A stretch of 64,000 nucleotides of DNA, taken from IMG/VR virus record IMGVR_UViG_3300027319_000001, one strand, 5' to 3'. Both the position numbers and the translations under genes were made by a program. Of the stretch, positions 17,797 to 26,479 are shown in pieces. Origin of the DNA: a virus. Every line of letters starts with the position of its first letter. Position 1 is the stretch's first letter. The notes beneath the pieces were generated by a model, which was given only the letters and a program-made list of their open reading frames with translations, was not told where the DNA came from and ran no database searches.

Positions 17797-19106
17797 TGCA
17801 TGTCTATCCCGGTCAGATCCGCGAGTTCACCACCAAGTACGACTACACAACTGTAGTCCTTGGCGAGCATTTCAACAGCGTTCAGGATGAGCTGACCGAA
17901 GGTATCCAGAAAACGCTCGGGTTGATGCCGCAGGTAGCCGAGGAAGACCCTGGTAGCACGCCTTTTGAGGTGATTCCGATTGTCGAGTGGATCGTGAGAA
18001 CTCCACTCGACCGCTATGGGGATCTTACTGACCTCCTGGACAATCGGGGAGCGTACGTTCACAGCTGGGACTATCGGACGGTTCGCAGCTATCTGGAGCG
18101 TGATTTTCCCCAGGTTATCCAGACTGACCAGGTAGCACGGTGGATTGTCACAGCTAACCGGCAGGGACTGGGTGAGCTGGTTCGGAATCTCAGTGCCCGG
18201 CAGAGTCAGGGTCAGACGGCTACCAGGGAACAGGCTCACCGGTGGGTGTGCCGAGCGCACCGCTGGGAGCAGCCGTCGTCGGGCGGGGGATCCCGTACGT
18301 CGGACCGCCCCCCTTTCGTCGGCCCCCGGGATCACCAGACCATCGCCAAGCGCATGGAGTTCCAGTCCCGGGGGAAGCACATCCCGTATTTCCGTGCTGC
18401 CGCCTACAACCAGGAGATACCGAACAACCGGTGGACTCCGGTATCACTCAAGCCATATTCAGATCCTTTCCAGCTGGCGAACGGAAATGGCTTCATCGTC
18501 AATCAGGATGGAATCTGGGTCGTCATCGTCAAGACCGACTGGTCTTTAGGAAAGGCTTCCGCAATCGTTGGAACCGGCCAGGCAACAACGCTCCTGGTAA
18601 ACGGCCAGGAAGTCGCGCTTCGCGACTACCTGGACGATGACGCATACGCTGCGAAGGCACCAATCAATACTTTCACCTGGATTGATTTCTTCGAAGCCGG
18701 GTCCAACCTGAGTGTTTCCGTCCGTACCGAGGGACTTGGCGACAACTACATTGCCAGAGCGAATGTTTACCTGCGCGCTTTCCTGGTGCGCTGCCTTGAT
18801 GGTGCTTTCGATATGCGCGGCTTTGAACTTCCTCCAGACCCGAATTTCCCCGAGCGTGACTACCCGCTTCGCGGGTACTGCCAGATCTCCGATTCGATGC
18901 CGACGCTTCCGCACCAGCCGAATACCTACTCACCGGACGGTGGCGTCACATGGGGAACACGGGGACCGATGGTCAATGAGGTAGACGGGACGGTGCAGTA
19001 CTACTGGTACAGCTCACAGGGCATCACCCCGGTTCGGACGAACTACAAGTATGAGCCGTCCGATTGGTCTGCTGGCAACGTCCCGGTCTGGACGGGGGAG
19101 TGGTAA
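17796..19106 (+). CDS. tail fibre protein, paralog 2 (with GC-rich insert)
   Basis: The N-terminus MHVYPGQIREFTTKYDY..HFNSVQDEL and the core ..RGKHIPYFRAAAY..SDPFQLANGNGFIV.. are paralogous to its neighbours. Confidence 0.65.
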   Translation: MHVYPGQIREFTTKYDYTTVVLGEHFNSVQDELTEGIQKTLGLMPQVAEEDPGSTPFEVIPIVEWIVRTPLDRYGDLTDLLDNRGAYVHSWDYRTVRSYLERDFPQVIQTDQVARWIVTANRQGLGELVRNLSARQSQGQTATREQAHRWVCRAHRWEQPSSGGGSRTSDRPPFVGPRDHQTIAKRMEFQSRGKHIPYFRAAAYNQEIPNNRWTPVSLKPYSDPFQLANGNGFIVNQDGIWVVIVKTDWSLGKASAIVGTGQATTLLVNGQEVALRDYLDDDAYAAKAPINTFTWIDFFEAGSNLSVSVRTEGLGDNYIARANVYLRAFLVRCLDGAFDMRGFELPPDPNFPERDYPLRGYCQISDSMPTLPHQPNTYSPDGGVTWGTRGPMVNEVDGTVQYYWYSSQGITPVRTNYKYEPSDWSAGNVPVWTGEW

Positions 19107-20264
19107 ATGGCCTTCTATCCTCAGCAGTACCGGCCATGGACTACCAAACGGGACTTCTCCCAAATCATCCACGAGTCCCACGTTAATGATGTCCAGGACG
19201 AAATTCACGCAACGCAGACCGTAATTGGCGTGAATCCTCAGATCGCCGTGAACGATCCTGGCGGCATTATCAAGGACTACGGGACTGTCGCCGCGAGACA
19301 GACCGCGTACGCCCGTGGTGAGCAGCTGCCCTACTATCAAGGCAGCATCTTCGGGCACCTTCTCGACCCCCGGCCGACTGATCCCAACGGTCCCCAGGAT
19401 CCTACTCCTGAGCGTCCTGGGCGTTTCCGTCAGCGGTGTAAGGAGCTTGTCGATCCTCACGGACGTCATTGGCTGCTGCCGATTTACCGGCTGAAGGACG
19501 ATCCGCAGACTGAAATCTGCGGTCTTCCTCTGTGTGCCGACGACAACAAGACAATCGCAGACGGTGGCTGGCAGCGTATCCCATTCACTGCCAATGACGA
19601 CCCCTTCGAAATGGGAATGCTAGATGGGGTGATCCTCAATGAAACCGGGCTGTGGTTGATCTCTCTGAAAGTAGACCACGTTCCAACCGAGGACACTACG
19701 CTGGTCCAGGCTAGACGACGTGCACGCCTGGAGATAGACGGCCGTGACGTCACGCTCGTGCACATGGTGCGTGAGAACGCGCGGACCGCAGATGGGCACC
19801 TGCACAATCTCATCAACTGGATTGAGATCCTGCCTAAGGGCACCAAAATCACTGCGTCAGCGCGAGTGGATGGAACTGACCTCACCGAAAAAGTGCCGAT
19901 CAACGCATACCTCCGTGTCTTTTTGGTGAGGTGCATTGATGACGTGCCGACGGACGGCTACCTTGCCGATTGGCCTCAATCCATCTACAAGCCGCCCCCG
20001 CCGCCGCGCCCGGTTTCTCCGGCACCCGATCCGGTGACGCCGATTCCCACGCCATCGCCTGGAAGCACCGGTGGGGTGAATTGGGAACCAACCGGTTTCT
20101 ACGGTGGCGGAACCGTATATGAGCTTTCTCCAGGCGTTTGGGTTGGTCAGTATCCGGGTGGCTACAACGTCATCAAAACCACTGATCCGGGCGGGATGAT
20201 TCCGCAATTCCCCGGAATCAGCCAGACGTATTCGAATCGGGACTTTGTGGGAGCTGGCTGGTAA
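19107..20264 (+). CDS. tail fibre protein, paralog 3
   Basis: The N-terminus MAFYPQQYRPWTTKRDF..HVNDVQDEIHATQTVIGVNPQ is nearly the same as in 17107... Confidence 0.65.
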   Translation: MAFYPQQYRPWTTKRDFSQIIHESHVNDVQDEIHATQTVIGVNPQIAVNDPGGIIKDYGTVAARQTAYARGEQLPYYQGSIFGHLLDPRPTDPNGPQDPTPERPGRFRQRCKELVDPHGRHWLLPIYRLKDDPQTEICGLPLCADDNKTIADGGWQRIPFTANDDPFEMGMLDGVILNETGLWLISLKVDHVPTEDTTLVQARRRARLEIDGRDVTLVHMVRENARTADGHLHNLINWIEILPKGTKITASARVDGTDLTEKVPINAYLRVFLVRCIDDVPTDGYLADWPQSIYKPPPPPRPVSPAPDPVTPIPTPSPGSTGGVNWEPTGFYGGGTVYELSPGVWVGQYPGGYNVIKTTDPGGMIPQFPGISQTYSNRDFVGAGW

Positions 20265-20266
20265 TA

Positions 20267-22246
20267 ATGGCTGTTTACCGAGTTGATCGTTACGCTAGGA
20301 CTTTTTACGGGCCGAACCCAGAGGTCCCTTCGTTTGACGAGCGGGAGTTCTGGGCCTATTCGGTCGGATATGAAGGAATTTTCATCACTTGGGACCTTCC
20401 CACCGGTGAATACGAGGCTTTCCGTCTGGTTGGTTCCGTGTGGGGGTTCCCGACGCATCCGGACGATGGCCGGATCATTGTGGAAACGGAGTCCGCTCCT
20501 GCCTCAGCTGTGGATGAGGACACCATTCCCGGTCGTTTCCACTATTACGCCATCTTTCTGAAGATCAACGGTGTGTGGGTGCGTGCCGGTACCGCTTCCA
20601 CCCTACACATCCATGACTGGGAAATGACCAAGTGGGTCACGGACCTCACTCCGTACCATTACAAGCTGCTGCGAGGTAACCATCTCACGCTGTATGCGGA
20701 TGAGAATGAGCAGCTGCTGCGTTTCCTCGGCGTCATCGGGTATGGGTTGGACCGTCTCCGCACTTCTCTCAACGCCGCCCTGCACAGCCGTGACGTTGCC
20801 ACCACACACATTTCCACGGTGGCGCACATTGCCTACAGCCTAGGTGCGGAAATTCCTGAAGGTATCACGCCCACGCAGATGCGCCTGATCACGCTCAATT
20901 CCGCCTATCTGGCATCAGAGCGTGGGCACCCGGACACGATGCTGTATTTCGCTCGGGCTGCAACCGGCTGGGACATGGATCTGCGGATGAGCTACAACCT
21001 TGTTCCCAGCTATGACATGGCTGAGCAGATCAACCCTGTTCCTCCCCAGTGGGATGCAAGCGTCCGCTACAAAATTGGGGATCTGGTAACCGTAGACGGC
21101 TTCCTGTACCGGTGTGTACAGCCCGCATACGGCATGGATGAAGCACCCCCTGGAAACGGGAGCAACAACAGCTGGTGGGAGGTCTACACCGTTGTTCAAG
21201 GGGACACGCCTGCATATGACCAGCAGCTAAAAACCACGCATGGCTGGTCCGGCGTCTCACACACCCAGGGTGTCAGCAATAGCCAGGTCGTACCTCGGAT
21301 CGTTCGCGGCGTCCCCCACCCCTTGGATCCCGACAAGCGCGACGCGAACGCGTTGACGATTCACAACACCAGCAGCACGACGGCTACGTGCTCTCTTTTC
21401 TCCCTGCCTCTGGAGACCGGAGACAGCTTGGTTGCTGTCAAGTACGGGATTCCCCTCCCGCGCGTCTTCACCTATGACCACACAGCCTCCTACAAGCCTG
21501 GCGACCTCGTCAACTACCTGGGTCAGGTCTACAAGTGCGTCAGGGCTGCACAGGGACACCGCCCTTCACAGCACCCCGAACGGTGGGAGCGTAACAGCAT
21601 TGATGAGCGCTTGCGTATCACCGTGAGCGCCTACACCCACCAGCCTCACGGGACGTCACAGGCAACCGCCCAAGTCACCCCGTACGTGACCTGGTACGAC
21701 GAGCTGGGACGCGAAATCGGTACCGTAGTGGCAGGACCGAGCACGCGCGTCCTAGATACTTTCAACACATATCCGGGGTCAGATGCTCTTGCGCCGCTCG
21801 GCGGACGCAATACTGATGAGGGTGGTAAAACCTGGTCCGATGTCGTTCCCGGTTTCATCCGCGACTCGTACTTGGATGGTGTTGCCCGCCCTGCCGACCC
21901 GGATGCTTCCCGGAATTTGAGCGTAATTGACTACGGGTCTGCCAACGCCACTGTGGCTGCTACCTTCGCCACGGAGCCGAGAGGTAACAAAAAGCAGGCG
22001 CTGATTCTCCGTCTGTCTGACGAGAACAACTACATCAGGGCAACGAGAACGGCGCTGGAAAGGGTTTCCTCTGGTACCGTCATCACACTGGCGACCTATG
22101 CGTCTCCTGTGGTGGACGGAGACCGTCTCACGGTGCGTGTCACTGGAAACAATTACACCGTGTGGCGGAATAATGTGCAAGTAGCGACTGCAACTGAATC
22201 CTTCAACAACACGGCCACGAAGTTCGGAATCGCGGTGGAGGACTGA
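20267..22246 (+). CDS. tail fibre / receptor-binding protein with two CBM5/12-like carbohydrate-binding motifs
   Basis: VRYKIGDLVTVDGFLYRCVQP and YKPGDLVNYLGQVYKCVRAAQGH resemble the Y-x-x-GD-x-V-x-Y-x-G-x-x-Y-x-C chitin-binding-type motif. Confidence 0.6.
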   Translation: MAVYRVDRYARTFYGPNPEVPSFDEREFWAYSVGYEGIFITWDLPTGEYEAFRLVGSVWGFPTHPDDGRIIVETESAPASAVDEDTIPGRFHYYAIFLKINGVWVRAGTASTLHIHDWEMTKWVTDLTPYHYKLLRGNHLTLYADENEQLLRFLGVIGYGLDRLRTSLNAALHSRDVATTHISTVAHIAYSLGAEIPEGITPTQMRLITLNSAYLASERGHPDTMLYFARAATGWDMDLRMSYNLVPSYDMAEQINPVPPQWDASVRYKIGDLVTVDGFLYRCVQPAYGMDEAPPGNGSNNSWWEVYTVVQGDTPAYDQQLKTTHGWSGVSHTQGVSNSQVVPRIVRGVPHPLDPDKRDANALTIHNTSSTTATCSLFSLPLETGDSLVAVKYGIPLPRVFTYDHTASYKPGDLVNYLGQVYKCVRAAQGHRPSQHPERWERNSIDERLRITVSAYTHQPHGTSQATAQVTPYVTWYDELGREIGTVVAGPSTRVLDTFNTYPGSDALAPLGGRNTDEGGKTWSDVVPGFIRDSYLDGVARPADPDASRNLSVIDYGSANATVAATFATEPRGNKKQALILRLSDENNYIRATRTALERVSSGTVITLATYASPVVDGDRLTVRVTGNNYTVWRNNVQVATATESFNNTATKFGIAVED

Positions 22247-24432
22247 TGCCGGTATACGGAAACTATATTTCGAATCCAAGCTTCGAACTTGGGACGTCTT
22301 CGTGGTCGGTCAAGCACCCTGAGCTAAGAACCGGCGGGGGGATCAACCAGGCACAGACGAATATTTCCCGGGTCACTCAGGGTGCGGTAGCCGGTAGCTA
22401 CGCTCTGAGGCTTTCCGTCACCACCGGATCAGAAACCGGCTACCTGTACGGCTACTGGGGCGGTGCCTACACCATTGTCCAAATAGACCCTGCTGCTGGT
22501 CAGCCGTACACGCTCAGCTGGCAGGCTGGGAACTTTGCAGTTACCGGTGCCAGCTCTTCCTACAACCAGGGTCTTCGCGTCGGTGTCTGGCAATTCTCCA
22601 GCCAGAACGCTATCACCATCCCCTTCCAGGACTGGCCCAACACAGGTTTCCAGGACTATAGTCCGGCACCACTGGCAACCAAGGCCGCTTCCAAGTCCAC
22701 CTCGCGGCAGTCCTTGACGTTCACACCAGCCGCTTCCACGCAATATCTGCTGATTCTCTTTGAGATTGCGCAGAACTATTGGACGCCTGAGAACGCGCTG
22801 TACACGGCAACATGTACTATTGACGCAATCAAACTTGAGCAAGGAACCGTTGCCACCGCTTACGGTGACGGTTCCTATGCCGGTTGGACATGGTCTGGAG
22901 CGCCACACAATTCGCCTTCTCTTCGCGCTGCGGAAATTGCATCATCCGGCAGTATTTCCGTCACCGGTGCTCCAGTTGAAATCCTGAAGCACATCAACCT
23001 CACCGCATCCGGCAATATCACGGTTTCCGGTACTTTCGAGGAGCTGACGGCGGAAGGTACGCTGTCTGCCTTTGGTGATGCCAGCGCCGACGGCAGCATC
23101 GACCTGTGGCTGTATAGCGGCGAGATGGAAGCCGACGGCAATTCCGCAATGATCGGCACCATCGAGCTTGCCGCACTTATCGATATCGAGGCGCACGGCT
23201 TTATAGGCACTGGCACCGGAGCGGACACGCCGAAGATCGAGCTGATCAAGGCTTGGGGAACCCAGGGGGCCGGTTCCGCTTCCATGGATGGAAGCATCAC
23301 ACTTCAATTCCCGATCAACCTGTCTGGGTCGACTGGCACCGCTTCCGTCACAGGTACCGCCCACGTAGACATCGGTCTGCAGATGTCCTCTGACGGGTCA
23401 ATGACCCTCGTTGGTGATCTTGAGCTGACGGACGCGATTCCCCCTGGAGCATTCGCGGATTTCGCGATTTTCGGCACGAGTGAGGAAGACCCGTACAAGC
23501 TGGGCGTCGGACCGACCAACGCACCCCTTGCGTCCGGTGCCCAGAACCAGCCCTGGACTCGCGTGTACGCGGAATTTTCCGCACCTGCCGATCAGCCGTC
23601 CGGTACTCCCGGCCAGTACGTGTGGCGTCGTGCCGCCTATGCGGCCGTCGGTTTCCGGTTCGCCAACATGGGCGCGAATACGTACCAGGAACTTACCTGC
23701 GTCCAGGTGGAAACTTCGCGATATGGAAAACCTGGTCCGAGGGATTACCAGACTCCTCAGACCATCACGCCGCTAGTCATCGCTGACCGTGCGAATTTCG
23801 CCACCGGTGACGTGGAGCCGAGCGACCATGAGGATTCCGCAGTTTCCGTCACTCCAGGTGGAGACAGCCCGGCACCGGGAGAGCTTCGCAAGGAACAGGT
23901 GTGCACGAAGACCATGGCCACGGATACGGTGTTCGTGGCCAAGGCTGTGGATTTCGTTCCGGGGCGAACCGTCACGTTCTCCTGCTGGCTGAGGCCCGGT
24001 ATCGGGGTGGACGATATCACCGTCAGGGTGGTTGACGTCAACGATCCGGACCACGAGGTCACCGACCCGGTTACCTGGTCCGGTTTTGAGGCTGACACGG
24101 AGGGCTGGGCCCGCGTCCACCTGACCTTCATAGCAAGAGAGAAGATGATCGTGGAGTTCCATACGGACCCAGATGGGAACTACCCGCAGACCTTCTCTGT
24201 GGCCGGTATCCTCTGGGAGGAGTCTGACAGGCTCAGACCGTACTTTGACATGCAGCTGGGCAGCGGAGAGACGTACTACCGGCATAACGGGGAGGATCCT
24301 ACGCAGGGGGTCTTCCTGTATAAGAACATTGATCTACGAGAACCCGTGCTCATTGAGGCCCTGCGTGCCCAAGCCCCGCTGGGTGTTAGGATCGGGTGGC
24401 CTGAGTACGGAAAGTTCCCACACCTGGACTAA
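22246..24432 (+). CDS. large tail fibre / receptor-binding protein
   Basis: 728 aa, last gene of the tail string. It has an N-terminal jelly-roll-like region and a Gly/Ser/Thr-rich repetitive middle. Confidence 0.6.
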   Translation: MPVYGNYISNPSFELGTSSWSVKHPELRTGGGINQAQTNISRVTQGAVAGSYALRLSVTTGSETGYLYGYWGGAYTIVQIDPAAGQPYTLSWQAGNFAVTGASSSYNQGLRVGVWQFSSQNAITIPFQDWPNTGFQDYSPAPLATKAASKSTSRQSLTFTPAASTQYLLILFEIAQNYWTPENALYTATCTIDAIKLEQGTVATAYGDGSYAGWTWSGAPHNSPSLRAAEIASSGSISVTGAPVEILKHINLTASGNITVSGTFEELTAEGTLSAFGDASADGSIDLWLYSGEMEADGNSAMIGTIELAALIDIEAHGFIGTGTGADTPKIELIKAWGTQGAGSASMDGSITLQFPINLSGSTGTASVTGTAHVDIGLQMSSDGSMTLVGDLELTDAIPPGAFADFAIFGTSEEDPYKLGVGPTNAPLASGAQNQPWTRVYAEFSAPADQPSGTPGQYVWRRAAYAAVGFRFANMGANTYQELTCVQVETSRYGKPGPRDYQTPQTITPLVIADRANFATGDVEPSDHEDSAVSVTPGGDSPAPGELRKEQVCTKTMATDTVFVAKAVDFVPGRTVTFSCWLRPGIGVDDITVRVVDVNDPDHEVTDPVTWSGFEADTEGWARVHLTFIAREKMIVEFHTDPDGNYPQTFSVAGILWEESDRLRPYFDMQLGSGETYYRHNGEDPTQGVFLYKNIDLREPVLIEALRAQAPLGVRIGWPEYGKFPHLD

Positions 24433-24512
24433 CGAATGATGGGAATTCCAGGTAGGCGTTGGGACATCTGGATCTTCTGAATTACAAAAATCCATCCATA
24501 TTGACCTACCGT

Positions 24513-24545
24513 GAAACCCAGGACCGCATTGGCGGCCTGGGTTTC
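24513..24545 (+). terminator. hairpin after the tail module
   Basis: GAAACCCAGG..CCTGGGTTTC forms a 10-bp stem with an inner CCGC/GCGG extension. There is no clear U-tract. Confidence 0.5.
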
Positions 24546-24556
24546 GGAGGTTTTGG

Positions 24557-24880
24557 ATGGTTGTTTTTGACACCGCTCAGGTCCTTTCCATCGTCATCGG
24601 TGTCGTCCTTCCGCTCATTGTTGGCCTCGTCACCAAGGCGTCTTGGCCGGGAAGCTGGAAGGCTGTTCTTCTGCTGGCACTTTCCGCGCTTTCCGGTTTT
24701 CTGACGGAACTTTATGACGCGGTCTCCGCCAATACCGCGTTCGATTACGGTTCCGCGATTCTCGGTTTTGTCGCGACCTTCCTCACCGGTGTGGGCATGC
24801 ATTTCGGCCTCTATAAGCCCGTAGGGGCGACGGCCGCTGTGCAGCGCACTGGCGTTACGGACAAGGTCGTTCCGGAGTAA
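24557..24880 (+). CDS. small membrane protein (holin-like by size and topology only)
   Basis: RBS GGAGG precedes ATG 24557. The 107-aa product has about 3 hydrophobic helices. Confidence 0.6.
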   Translation: MVVFDTAQVLSIVIGVVLPLIVGLVTKASWPGSWKAVLLLALSALSGFLTELYDAVSANTAFDYGSAILGFVATFLTGVGMHFGLYKPVGATAAVQRTGVTDKVVPE

Positions 24881-25158
24881 TGCAGATCATCCTGATCGGG
24901 CTTGCGGCGTGGATGGTCTGGGAGGCCGTCCGCGCCGCCTGGCCATACAGCATCTGGCCTGTCGCACAGTTGATCATCGTCGCCGGTACGTGCTACGCGC
25001 TTACGTACGCGGATGACCGGATCATCACAGCTCTTGCGGCGGCGGCCGTCGTGGCCGGTATCCGCCAGCTTGTGGCACGGCTAGAGGCACCTAGCACCGT
25101 TGTGATCCCGCGCACGCGCCGCCCGGCGTCTGCAGGCCGGATCCCCGACCTCCCCTGA
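24880..25158 (+). CDS. small membrane protein
   Basis: Its start is coupled to the upstream stop (TAATG). The 92-aa product has 2-3 hydrophobic helices. Confidence 0.6.
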   Translation: MQIILIGLAAWMVWEAVRAAWPYSIWPVAQLIIVAGTCYALTYADDRIITALAAAAVVAGIRQLVARLEAPSTVVIPRTRRPASAGRIPDLP

Positions 25159-25191
25159 ACGGGGGAGTCTCCGGAGCTTTTTCGTTCCCGG

Positions 25192-25224
25192 AGTTGATAC
25201 GCGAGTTGCGCACGTAGTTGATAC
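25192..25224 (+). promoter_or_regulatory. two direct AGTTGATAC boxes abutting the first replication-module gene
   Basis: AGTTGATAC occurs at 25192..25200 and 25216..25224. The second copy ends 1 nt before GTG 25225. Confidence 0.5.
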
Positions 25225-26304
25225 GTGCTGGACACTCGGGCCGTCCCATCCGCACCAGATTGGATCGATGTGACCAAGTCAATCGTGTTCGCTGTCGCCG
25301 GGGGTGGCGACATCAAGCCCGAGACGGTCGAGTCGCTGCTTGACCACTTCCTTGAGGTAGACACGGACAACCCTCGTGATGTTGCCGCTGTCTACCTCCC
25401 TGCCGATGTCAGGCTGACCACTAGCGCCGTCCGTTACGCAGCCCGGTGGATGGATGACGTTGGCCTGCCCTACATCGCTGTCAGAGGTGATCGTCCCGGA
25501 CGTTTTGGCCGGGAGATCGCTGATGGGGCTCAGGAGGTCATCACCGGTGAGTCGGTCGTAGACGCACTGCGCTCCCACAAGGACGACGACGTCGACATCT
25601 ACCTCCTGCTTGCGTGGGGCGATGACCCTGAGCAGGCAGCAGACGTGGAGACAGAGGATCTCCTCACCAACGCGCACGAGTCCGGCATCACTGTGCTGGA
25701 TCTCAACGCCGGGCTTGATGAGATCGTTGTGGACGATGGATCCGAGGACCAGGATGACGAGCAGCCTTCGGAATTCTCGTCCGACGTAGACGAAGAACCT
25801 GGGCCGTCCGACGACAAGAGCGAAGCTCCTGACCTCCCTGAGCTGAACGAGGAGACCCAGGAGCTGGAGCCCACCGACGAGGCACAGGCCACGATCCGGC
25901 CGTCGGAGCCGACTGAAAAGGACGAGGCAGACGTCCCGGACCTGGCCACCACGCTGTCCTTTGTGTACCTGGCCATGTCCAGTCTGGACCGTGCGATTGC
26001 CGCACTGCGGATGGAACATCCGCGCTTCAGCCCGATTACCAGGGTGGTCCGGCACCACCTCCACCAGATGCTCAAGGACGACCTGCCGTCCACTGTGGAC
26101 GAGCTGGACAAGCTGATTGAGGAGACTCGCCCGAAGCTGCGTGGAAAGCCTCGCGACACCTCATCCGATGAGGTCAATGTCCTGATTGACCGGGACAAAA
26201 AGACCATTCGCCTCGCTGGCCGGGGCCGCCCTCGTAAGGGTGAGGTTCAGGAGCGCATGACACGCGCAGAATTCGAAAAGCTTGCCACCGACTGGGGGAG
26301 CTGA
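25225..26304 (+). CDS. highly acidic protein with C-terminal AT-hook-like motif
   Basis: 359-aa ORF. The central ~90 aa are D/E-rich (..DDGSEDQDDEQPSEFSSDVDEEPGPSDDKSE..), and GRGRPRKG lies near the C-terminus. The start is uncertain (GTG 25225 or GTG 25270). Confidence 0.6.
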   Translation: MLDTRAVPSAPDWIDVTKSIVFAVAGGGDIKPETVESLLDHFLEVDTDNPRDVAAVYLPADVRLTTSAVRYAARWMDDVGLPYIAVRGDRPGRFGREIADGAQEVITGESVVDALRSHKDDDVDIYLLLAWGDDPEQAADVETEDLLTNAHESGITVLDLNAGLDEIVVDDGSEDQDDEQPSEFSSDVDEEPGPSDDKSEAPDLPELNEETQELEPTDEAQATIRPSEPTEKDEADVPDLATTLSFVYLAMSSLDRAIAALRMEHPRFSPITRVVRHHLHQMLKDDLPSTVDELDKLIEETRPKLRGKPRDTSSDEVNVLIDRDKKTIRLAGRGRPRKGEVQERMTRAEFEKLATDWGS

Positions 26305-26479
26305 AAAAGAACCGCCCGCCGGGAGGAGGCGCACACGTAACCCGGCGGGCGGCTCAGACACCACCATCCACGCACCCAAGGAGGGCGAACGGGAGCACGG
26401 GGAAGGGAACCCGACCCACGAAAAAAGCATGACACATAGTCGCCCTGAACGCAAATACGGTAGTTGATAGGCGGCAAAT

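Noticed and set aside
17697-18380. 227-aa minus-strand ORF antisense to the fibre paralogs
   Set aside because: It spans the junction of two + strand genes that show clear paralogy, and it is a GC-rich-region artefact.
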